A stretch of DNA of 64,000 nucleotides from Pseudobdellovibrionaceae bacterium (lineage in GTDB: Bacteria; Bdellovibrionota; FAC87; UBA2466; JACKAF01). Location of the stretch: positions 76,051 to 140,050 of the forward strand of contig JACKAF010000003.1 in assembly GCA_020635235.1 (NCBI GenBank), given 5' to 3'. The notes beneath the pieces are model-generated. The model was given only the letters and a program-made list of their open reading frames with translations. It was not told where the DNA came from and did not search any database. Positions 46,012 through 53,053 of the stretch are shown here, piece after piece; position 1 is the first letter of the stretch; each line of letters starts with the position of its first letter. The position numbers and the translations under genes are program-made.

Positions 46012-47024
46012 TGGGGGAGATTCGAATAGGCGATACCGCCATAGCCTTGGGGGAAAGTAAGACTGCCAACCTTTTTGTCGCGCGTCTTTATGATTATACC
46101 GACGTCAGTATTCCGATCCGGGTGATACGAGGGCGCGAAGATGGCCCGGTGCTTTTCGTCTCTGCCGCGCTTCACGGAGATGAACTCAATGGCGTGGAAA
46201 TCATTAAGCGCTTACTAAGAAGCCCGTCTTTGAAAAAAATTTGTGGAACGCTCATTGCTGTTCCTATCGTCAACGTTTTTGGATTTAACAACCGCTCTCG
46301 ATATTTGCCGGACAGACGCGATCTCAACAGATCGTTTCCGGGGCGCGATGACGGTTCCTTGGCCTCGCAAATTGCGTATCTTTTTAGAACTGAAGTTGTG
46401 GAAAAGTGCACGCACGGCTTGGACTTGCATACGGGCGCCTTACACCGCACAAACTTGCCGCAAATCCGTACTAACTTCCAAGACAAGGAGCTGGTAAAGC
46501 TTGCCAAAGCATTCGGGGCCCCGGTGGTGTTGGACGCCTCTTTGCCAGACGGCTCGTTGCGGGCAACTTCAGGGAAAGTTCCGGTGCTTCTGTATGAAGG
46601 CGGTGAAGCGCTTCGTTTTGATGAATTCGCCATCAAGGCGGGCCTGGCAGGCACGATCCGCTTAATGCGCCATCTGAAAATGTTACCGCCTTCGACGAAG
46701 CCAAAGCCCACACGTCGCAGTTTCCTTGCTCAGTCGAGTTACTGGGTGCGTGCTCCGCAGAGCGGAACGTTGAGGGTCTTGCGGCATATTGGCGATTGGG
46801 TGCGCAAAGATTCGTTACTGGGCGTGATTTCCAACCCGTTCGGGGAAGACTCCGTAAAGATTTTCTCTAAAGAGGCCGGTGTAGTTATCGGAAAAACTAA
46901 TATTCCTCTCGTCAACAGAGGGGATGCACTCTTTCACCTAGCAACGGCAGACAAGATAGATCCGAGGATAATGGACTTTCCAGGTTTTGCGGATCTGGCG
47001 GTGGAGCAGCAGTTCGACGATTAG
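46011..47024 (+). CDS. succinylglutamate desuccinylase/aspartoacylase (AstE/AspA) family zinc hydrolase
   Basis: ATG 46011 overlaps the rimK stop (TGATG). Motifs SAALHGDELNG and DLHTG. Confidence 0.8.
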   Translation: MGEIRIGDTAIALGESKTANLFVARLYDYTDVSIPIRVIRGREDGPVLFVSAALHGDELNGVEIIKRLLRSPSLKKICGTLIAVPIVNVFGFNNRSRYLPDRRDLNRSFPGRDDGSLASQIAYLFRTEVVEKCTHGLDLHTGALHRTNLPQIRTNFQDKELVKLAKAFGAPVVLDASLPDGSLRATSGKVPVLLYEGGEALRFDEFAIKAGLAGTIRLMRHLKMLPPSTKPKPTRRSFLAQSSYWVRAPQSGTLRVLRHIGDWVRKDSLLGVISNPFGEDSVKIFSKEAGVVIGKTNIPLVNRGDALFHLATADKIDPRIMDFPGFADLAVEQQFDD

Positions 47025-47278
47025 TCTCTGCTAAGAGGTTCGAGGAACGGCGGAATGGAGTGTCGCTCCATTCGCCGCCTCAATTCTTCAAGGGAGATCC
47101 CCAATCGGTGGGCAGCGGCCTCCAGATTGAACTCGGTGCTTCTGAGCGTTTTCACCAAATGAACACACTCCACTTCATCGAGTGTTTTCTGTGCTCCGCC
47201 CGTAAGGGCCCGATTGGGATTGATCTTAATCGACAAAGTAAATCCGATGCTACGCACGGCCCGGTTTGCGGGGTGCAT
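47021..47278 (-). CDS. orphan Fis-type (HTH_8) DNA-binding ORF without AAA+ domain
   Basis: KTLDEVECVHLVKTLRSTEFNLEAAAHRLGISLEELRRRMERH resembles the C-terminus of the neighbouring activator (MTLDEVECIHIVRILEAMNFNVSKAAEALGIDRGTLYRKAEKY). The start is unclear because the frame stays open up to about 47390. Confidence 0.5.
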   Translation of the reverse strand: MHPANRAVRSIGFTLSIKINPNRALTGGAQKTLDEVECVHLVKTLRSTEFNLEAAAHRLGISLEELRRRMERHSIPPFLEPLSRD

Positions 47279-47396
47279 TGCTATTAGGCGTTCCCTTTTG
47301 ATTGTTGGTCGATTGCGGGAACGGCTGGTTCTTTTGCTGATTTGTATTCGGGGTTGTATTGGTTTTTTCTGCTTTAGGTTTATTCTGGGATTTCAT
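47250..47396 (-). CDS. 48-aa N/Q/T/P/K-rich small protein (not in ORF track)
   Basis: Own translation gives MKSQNKPKAEKTNTTPNTNQQKNQPFPQSTNNQKGTPNSNAPRKPGRA. The ATG is preceded by AAGGAGG at 6-nt spacing and by a consensus sigma-54 promoter. Confidence 0.5.
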   Translation of the reverse strand: MKSQNKPKAEKTNTTPNTNQQKNQPFPQSTNNQKGTPNSNAPRKPGRA

Positions 47397-47453
47397 GATT
47401 AGCCTCCTTATGGCTTTAGAAGATTGGGTATTGCGAATTCTGTAGATTTCTTA

Positions 47454-47469
47454 TGCAACGGCGGTGCCA
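47454..47469 (-). promoter_or_regulatory. sigma-54 promoter downstream of the activator gene
   Basis: Minus strand reads TGGCAC-CGCCG-TTGCA with exact spacing, about 58 nt upstream of ATG 47396. Confidence 0.6.
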
Positions 47470-47527
47470 GCGGCATTACGTGCCTGTGGAGTCAGAGCCG
47501 AGTGTGAAAAATCGCCACAGCGTTTGA

Positions 47528-47540
47528 TTTTGCCACACTC
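47528..47540 (-). promoter_or_regulatory. 13-mer GAGTGTGGCAAAA, candidate activator-binding site
   Basis: The identical 13-mer occurs at 49024..49036 (+). Each lies about 50-70 bp upstream of a sigma-54 promoter. A related TGTGGCGATTTTTCACACTC follows at about 47500-47519. Confidence 0.35.
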
Positions 47541-48918
47541 AGGAGGCGCTTTTTTTTAGGGAGATCTTATATTTCTCGGCCTTACGGTACAGCGTTCCGC
47601 GATCAATTCCCAAAGCCTCAGCGGCCTTGGAAACGTTGAAGTTCATAGCTTCCAGGATGCGAACGATGTGGATGCATTCTACTTCGTCCAGAGTCATCGC
47701 GGACGAGGGTGTCTCTAACAACTCGGCTGGCGCCGAATGTTTTACCGATTCAAGGATTTCGGCAGGAAAGTCTTCGGGAAAAAGCACGGGAGTTGTCGTC
47801 ATGGAAACAGCGTGACTGATGGCGTGTTCTAGTTCTCGCACATTCCCCGGCCAGTGGTACGCTTTCAAGAGTGCAATGGCTTCATCGGAGACGTAGTTTA
47901 CAGTCTTATTCTCGTCAGACGCCTGGCGGAACAAAAAGTGGTACACGAGTTCTTCGATGTCGTCCACGCGCTCCCGCAAGGGTGGGATCTTCACTGTGAT
48001 GACACGCAGTCGATACAAAAGATCATCGCGGAATAGATTCTTGCGCACAAGTGATTGAAGGTCGCGGTGGGTGGCGCTGATTACGCGGACATCCACCGAG
48101 CGGTTTTCCGATGAGCCCACACGGCGCACCTCACCTTCTTGAAGCACCCGCAAAAGTTTTACCTGTAGACTCGGGCTTATGTCCCCGATCTCATCTAGAA
48201 AAAGCGTGCCGCCGTCGACCTCTTCAAAAAAGCCCTTCTTGTCTGTGGTTGCTCCGGTAAAGGCCCCTTTTTCGTGACCAAATAGTTCAGACTCGAGCAA
48301 AGTGTCAGTCAGAGAAGAACAGTTGATGGCGAGAAACTTTTTCGATTTCCTACGGCTATTGCTGTGGATCGCACGTGCGATTAGCTCTTTGCCGGTGCCT
48401 GTTTCCCCAAGAATCAGGACGTCTTTGTCAGAAGCTGTAGCTTTGGCAACGGCCCGGTAGACTTCTAGCATTCCCGGAGACGTTCCAACGAGAACTTTGG
48501 GGGCGGACGGTACTCCTCTCAAGACTGGCGCATTCTGTTTTGAGTGGCTTGCAAGCGCCGAATAGCGCGCCTCTGCCCGGTGGGCAGTCGCGAGCAAGTC
48601 ACTAAGCGCGAAAGGTCGAGTCAGGTAGTCAAAGGCCCCGCAACTTACTGCTTCGATGGCCGCTTCCAAGCTCCCCACTCCTGCGAGCAGTATCACCATC
48701 GCAAACGGGTCCACTTCTTTTGCCGCGCGAATCAACTCGAAGTTTGCTTCGTGTGCCGGTTCGATATCGCTGATGATGAGCGGGGGCGCTTCGCGTGTGA
48801 GCTCGCCGATTGCTTCTTGGCGCGAAGTTGCACGCACTACGCGAAATCCCTCGTGTTCAAAAAACTGCGCAAGTTCTTTGAGCCGGGAAGCGTCGGGATG
48901 AACAATCAAAACAAGCAA
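47539..48918 (-). CDS. sigma-54-dependent activator (atypical REC + AAA+ + Fis-type HTH)
   Basis: Walker A GETGTGKE, GAFTGA loop, C-terminal HTH. The receiver keeps the Asp (IISDIEP) but lacks the usual acidic pair, Thr/Ser and Lys (HPD, LLAGVG, LTRPF). Confidence 0.9.
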   Translation of the reverse strand: MLVLIVHPDASRLKELAQFFEHEGFRVVRATSRQEAIGELTREAPPLIISDIEPAHEANFELIRAAKEVDPFAMVILLAGVGSLEAAIEAVSCGAFDYLTRPFALSDLLATAHRAEARYSALASHSKQNAPVLRGVPSAPKVLVGTSPGMLEVYRAVAKATASDKDVLILGETGTGKELIARAIHSNSRRKSKKFLAINCSSLTDTLLESELFGHEKGAFTGATTDKKGFFEEVDGGTLFLDEIGDISPSLQVKLLRVLQEGEVRRVGSSENRSVDVRVISATHRDLQSLVRKNLFRDDLLYRLRVITVKIPPLRERVDDIEELVYHFLFRQASDENKTVNYVSDEAIALLKAYHWPGNVRELEHAISHAVSMTTTPVLFPEDFPAEILESVKHSAPAELLETPSSAMTLDEVECIHIVRILEAMNFNVSKAAEALGIDRGTLYRKAEKYKISLKKSAS

Positions 48919-49023
48919 GAGAAAATCTCTAATAATGTTGGGACGTTAAAGACTACCACGGGCGTTCTTTATTTAAAAGTCCTTTGCGTCAACGTTGTGG
49001 AAAGCTGCTACAAGACAACGGGG

Positions 49024-49036
49024 GGAGTGTGGCAAA
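49024..49036 (+). promoter_or_regulatory. 13-mer GAGTGTGGCAAAA, candidate activator-binding site
   Basis: Identical to the minus-strand 13-mer at 47528..47540 and 49 nt upstream of the -24 GG at 49085. A related TGTGGAAAGC lies at 48996. Confidence 0.35.
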
Positions 49037-49083
49037 AACCCCCAAAACATCCAAATATTTGAATGCTTTAGCCTCAGAGTTCC

Positions 49084-49099
49084 TGGCATCGGCTTTGCT
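49084..49099 (+). promoter_or_regulatory. sigma-54 promoter divergent from the activator gene
   Basis: TGGCAT-CGGCT-TTGCT with exact spacing, about 50 nt upstream of ATG 49148. Confidence 0.6.
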
Positions 49100-49147
49100 T
49101 TACTAATGGGTGAGTAGTGAACTCGATCCCTTAGGAGGATTTTGGGA

Positions 49148-49399
49148 ATGCAAAAGCGATCGTATCTTATCGTACTTGGTTTGGCGGTTTTGATCGGCGT
49201 GGGCGTTAGCGTTCGCGCGCAACACAACGCAGCAAGCAACTTCGGCCAAAATGGGTATTTGGTAGCCGAGTCAGATGGCTATGATGATGCTTACGGATCC
49301 GATTCCTCCACGAGCGAGGACTCGGGAACAACGACGACCGACACCGGCACGACCGACTCCGGCACGTCGAACGACGACTATTCTTCCGAAGACTTTTAG
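49148..49399 (+). CDS. small secreted, strongly acidic D/S/T/G-rich protein
   Basis: AGGAGG lies upstream. Signal peptide MQKRSYLIVLGLAVLIGVGVSVRA. Mature part includes ...SDGYDDAYGSDSSTSEDSGTTTTDTGTTDSGTSNDDYSSEDF. Confidence 0.55.
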   Translation: MQKRSYLIVLGLAVLIGVGVSVRAQHNAASNFGQNGYLVAESDGYDDAYGSDSSTSEDSGTTTTDTGTTDSGTSNDDYSSEDF

Positions 49400-49436
49400 T
49401 CCTCGGTGAAACCCTAAACCCCTGAAGGAGATTCAA

Positions 49437-49730
49437 ATGAACTGGTTCTTGAAACTTGCCTTGCTAGCGTCCCTAGTGATGGTCGTCGCGCCCGTGATGG
49501 CCGATGATTCTGAATGGAACGAAGAGCCCGCCATGGAAGAAGGCGTGGATACCGCCCCTCCGGCCGCCCAGGCGCCCGAAGCGGCCAAGCCGAAAAAAGC
49601 TCGTGCTAAAACGGCCAAGGCAGCCAAAAAAGTCAGCCACAAATTGGCCAAGAAAGAATGTTTGAAGGAAAACCCGAAGCTTAAAGGCAAAGCGCTGAAA
49701 GAGTGCATCAAAGGCAAACGCGCTTCCTAA
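49437..49730 (+). CDS. small secreted protein with acidic N-part and Lys/Ala-rich basic C-part
   Basis: AAGGAG at 6-nt spacing. Signal peptide MNWFLKLALLASLVMVVAPVMA. The basic part reads ...AAKPKKARAKTAKAAKKVSHKLAKKECLKENPKLKGKALKECIKGKRAS. Confidence 0.6.
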   Translation: MNWFLKLALLASLVMVVAPVMADDSEWNEEPAMEEGVDTAPPAAQAPEAAKPKKARAKTAKAAKKVSHKLAKKECLKENPKLKGKALKECIKGKRAS

Positions 49731-49752
49731 TAAGCAAAGTTTTGCTGTAAGG

Positions 49753-49785
49753 ACCCAGGCGTCTTCGGATGCCTGGGTTTTTTAT
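49753..49785 (+). terminator. intrinsic terminator of the two-gene small-protein operon
   Basis: ACCCAGGC-gtcttcggat-GCCTGGGT followed by TTTTTTATTTT. Confidence 0.7.
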
Positions 49786-50804
49786 TTTCTGGAAGCTGTT
49801 CTCTTTTCTTTTAGAAGGTGATCGTAGAGGAATTGCGCGTAGGCCCGGTTCATTTCTGCCTTCGGGTGCCCGTCCGGTTGGCGATCCAAGGATAAACTCC
49901 GCTCAGCGGCCACGTTTGGAAGAGCGTCTACCGCCGATATGAAATCCAAGTTCCTGGCGCGCAACGCGGGCTCAAAGCTACTTGGAAGTTTGCCATCCAA
50001 ATGAAGCAGCAATACCGGGGCAGGGGCGTAGGCGACCGCCTGGGCCAAGATTGCGGGTCCCAGTTTTTCGCGACAATGCTGGCGTTGGAAGCTAAGCGGG
50101 AGTTGGGCGCCAAGGGCGTATACTCGAGAATGGCTCAATAGTGTCTTAAGGCCGCCGGTCACCCAAGCAAAGAAATTCTGATTCTCCAAAAAAACTGCGC
50201 GCCTTGATTTCGCCGGTATTCCCTCCAAACTTAATTCTCCGCCTCGCTGTTTGAAGTAGGGTTTTCGAAACTGGAAAGAGAAGTCTGTGCAGCTCCTATC
50301 GAGATCATCCGCGATGAATCCAAATACGATGCGCTCAGGGTGATACGCCGGGAGTATATGAGTGGTAACCAAAGCGGCTTGATCTATGCCGAACCCTTGT
50401 ACGCCGAAATTCAGTACTTCATATTCGGTTCCAAGCTTTTCCTGTAGAAAGTGGGGTAGGGTTTCTTCGTTCGCGACGCCCACTCCAAACACGAACGAGT
50501 CGCCCACAAAAGCAATGCGCCGTTTGGAACTTCGCAACGCGGGTTCTCGCTGCTGGCGCCAACCGTTCTCCGTGACGCCGCTTTCCACTTTGTTGCGCCA
50601 GCCCAGAAGGGGGTCCTGATTCTTGTCTTCCGGGGGAGCCTCCGTTAATGAAAAAAAGTAAGGGGCTTCCGCAGAAAATCTGTGGACCAGAAAAACGGTG
50701 TCGATGGGGTACGCAAGCGCAAAAAGTGCCAAAAAGCCTTCTGAGATAGCCGCGCCCAGCGCTGCCGACAGACATCCGAATAAGATTTTCTTGGAAGTTT
50801 TCAT
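49782..50804 (-). CDS. SGNH/GDSL-family hydrolase, membrane-anchored
   Basis: N-terminal anchor and block I motif IAFVGDSFVFGVGV. Confidence 0.6.
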   Translation of the reverse strand: MKTSKKILFGCLSAALGAAISEGFLALFALAYPIDTVFLVHRFSAEAPYFFSLTEAPPEDKNQDPLLGWRNKVESGVTENGWRQQREPALRSSKRRIAFVGDSFVFGVGVANEETLPHFLQEKLGTEYEVLNFGVQGFGIDQAALVTTHILPAYHPERIVFGFIADDLDRSCTDFSFQFRKPYFKQRGGELSLEGIPAKSRRAVFLENQNFFAWVTGGLKTLLSHSRVYALGAQLPLSFQRQHCREKLGPAILAQAVAYAPAPVLLLHLDGKLPSSFEPALRARNLDFISAVDALPNVAAERSLSLDRQPDGHPKAEMNRAYAQFLYDHLLKEKRTASRK

Positions 50805-50839
50805 GAGAAGCGCTTGCTTCTCAAATTATAGCCTAGAGG

Positions 50840-51823
50840 CTAGGGAGGATCGATCCGGAATCGCTCACCGTTTTGCACGGACGCGCCCGCACCTAGACGG
50901 GCCAGCGGGAGGACTTCCTGATAGAGGAAGCTGCCCAAAGTCATTTCGGCGTAGGTGCCGCCGACCGCGGGGCCATCCAGTCCGTTTGCGAAAGTTCGCG
51001 AGTTTTCAAGCAATCTGAGGAGTGCCACCGCAAAAACTCTGTCAAAGCGCTCCATTTGGGTTTCATCGGCGCGCTTCAGAAAATCGCGAATTTTGCCAAA
51101 GCTGTCTCCGATGAGTGCTCCTTCTACAAGGCCTTCGCGCTCGGCGGCGTCTGAAACGCTCCCATCCGAGTCGGCCTCGTACAAAACTCGCCAGAGCCCG
51201 TTTGGGATTTTTCCTTTTCCGTCCCCGGTTGCTAGTTCTGTGCGGACTACGGATCCGAGTGAGGCAAGTGTCGGAAGTAATTTGGCCTGGTCGAATTCTC
51301 CAGCTGGGTTTTCAAACGTCTTTACCTTTTGACTCATCACCAATTGGGCCGTCGCCACTTGGGTTTCGTCGTAGGCTACGAGCTTTTTCTCGACCGAAAT
51401 CTGATCCGCCAAGGGGTGTTCGCCACCCCCGAGAAAAAAAGCGCCGACTATACCGACGGAAACAAAGGCGAGTACGCAGGTGTAGAGCACCTTGGTGGCG
51501 CGCCGTTGGCTTCGCCGGTCGTCTGCTGCCTTCTGCACTTCTTCAAAAAGTCTTCGGTTGTTTGCTTCTGTTCCTTCGTGGTAACGGGAGAGCTCGTCAC
51601 GCATTTCCCGCAGTACCCGATCCGCGTTCTTTTCTTTGGTCGAACCGTCTCGCTGTTGCTCCCCGTCCGCTACCGGTTTTTCTGTTTCTCCGGAGCGTTC
51701 GGCGGGCTCATCGGGCAACAAGTGATCCCAGTCTTCAGAGGCCCGAAGAGGGTGAGGCAGTAATAGGACCAAAAGGAGCGCCCATGTCACACCCGTGCTT
51801 AGTTTTTGCCGCATTGCGCACAT
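50840..51823 (-). CDS. hypothetical secreted/membrane protein
   Basis: Signal peptide (WALLLVLLLPHPLRA), a charged region, and an internal TM span (LYTCVLAFVSVGIVGAFFL). No recognisable domain. Confidence 0.5.
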   Translation of the reverse strand: MCAMRQKLSTGVTWALLLVLLLPHPLRASEDWDHLLPDEPAERSGETEKPVADGEQQRDGSTKEKNADRVLREMRDELSRYHEGTEANNRRLFEEVQKAADDRRSQRRATKVLYTCVLAFVSVGIVGAFFLGGGEHPLADQISVEKKLVAYDETQVATAQLVMSQKVKTFENPAGEFDQAKLLPTLASLGSVVRTELATGDGKGKIPNGLWRVLYEADSDGSVSDAAEREGLVEGALIGDSFGKIRDFLKRADETQMERFDRVFAVALLRLLENSRTFANGLDGPAVGGTYAEMTLGSFLYQEVLPLARLGAGASVQNGERFRIDPP

Positions 51824-51964
51824 CGCGGCCTAGCGATTAACAAGTATTTGGGATTGGAACAAGAGGAAAACCTAATATTTATAGCAATTTAACACCATCT
51901 TTACTGCTTCTTAACACGCCGCTGCTACCTACTGCCCTGAGTCATAGACTTTGCGGTGGAGTGA

Positions 51965-53053
51965 ATGACCTTTTCAAAACTTGTATTTCTTTCCCTCATT
52001 TTGAGCGTCTCGGCGTATGCCCTCACGCGTGAGCCGGGTCTGGATTTGAGTCTGGAGTTCGAGGGGCGTTGGGTGGAAGAAACATTTCATCGCGCTCAGA
52101 CAGGTGGCCTTGATGTCGGAGCGCAGTTCGATCACAACCTTTCTGACTCCTTAACCGTTTCGATTGATGCCATCGGGCGATTGCAAACGGGTGCCTACGT
52201 TTCCTCGTTTGTGGATGAGTATGGCGCGCAACAGGGTTTGGTTTTACGAGAGGCTTCGATGCGGTGGACGCCCTTCGTGCCGCTTCAGCTGCGTTGGGGC
52301 GTTCTCCCTCACAACACTTTGCCGACCTTGATCCATGACAAGGCCTTTACTGGGGTGGGTGAGCGGCTCAGTCTGGACGCAGGTGCCTGGCGCTTTTCCA
52401 TTGATGCCGAGCAAAGCTTCGCGTCGAGCCCGAGTCGGACTCTATTTCCCACGTTTGCAAATTCGCAGTTTCCAGCCTTCCTGAAGGAGGCGGCCTCTGT
52501 GAACTACTGGTGGCAGGACGGAAGCGCAGGCCTGTATGTCCAGCACTTTGCCTTCTTGAACCTAAGTCGCGAGGTGGAGTACCGCAGCCGGTTCTTCGGA
52601 AACTCCGGTACAGGATCGACTCGCGAGAACGCTTCGCTTTCTTACAATTTCCACGGAATTGCACTTGGGGGTAACTGGGAAGCCCGTTGGGGCAGCCTCC
52701 GGTCAAACTTACAGTTCGATGCGCACCGAAATTTCGATCCGCCCCCTGGAAAAAGGGATGCGTTACTCGGTACCGTGGGCCTCGCTTGGCAGTGGTCTCC
52801 AGCAGTGGTTTCCGGTCTCACTGTCAGTCTGTTTCACATCGAATCCGATGCTGGACCTGGCTTTTATTCCAACAAGTTCTTGGGGCATAACAACCGTCGG
52901 GGATTAGGCGCCTCAGTGTACTTGGATTTCCCGACAACTCCTCTGCGCGTAGAGCTTGGCTATACCAATGCGGAGCCGATCGATGCGAACGCGTTTCAGA
53001 ATCGTTTCCAACAGGCTTTCTTATTATTCGAGACGTCTTATGACTTACTCTAG
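51965..53053 (+). CDS. putative outer-membrane beta-barrel protein
   Basis: Signal peptide MTFSKLVFLSLILSVSAYA and alternating-hydrophobicity strands throughout. The C-terminus is not the canonical aromatic residue. Confidence 0.4.
   Translation: MTFSKLVFLSLILSVSAYALTREPGLDLSLEFEGRWVEETFHRAQTGGLDVGAQFDHNLSDSLTVSIDAIGRLQTGAYVSSFVDEYGAQQGLVLREASMRWTPFVPLQLRWGVLPHNTLPTLIHDKAFTGVGERLSLDAGAWRFSIDAEQSFASSPSRTLFPTFANSQFPAFLKEAASVNYWWQDGSAGLYVQHFAFLNLSREVEYRSRFFGNSGTGSTRENASLSYNFHGIALGGNWEARWGSLRSNLQFDAHRNFDPPPGKRDALLGTVGLAWQWSPAVVSGLTVSLFHIESDAGPGFYSNKFLGHNNRRGLGASVYLDFPTTPLRVELGYTNAEPIDANAFQNRFQQAFLLFETSYDLL

Noticed and set aside
47363-47368. The A6 run (T6 on plus strand) in the small ORF, considered as a dnaX-like -1 programmed frameshift site joining the peptide to the HTH frame.
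   Set aside because: The HTH frame is +1, not -1, relative to the ATG at 47396. The heptamer is also not in X XXY YYZ register. An indel or independent initiation remains possible.
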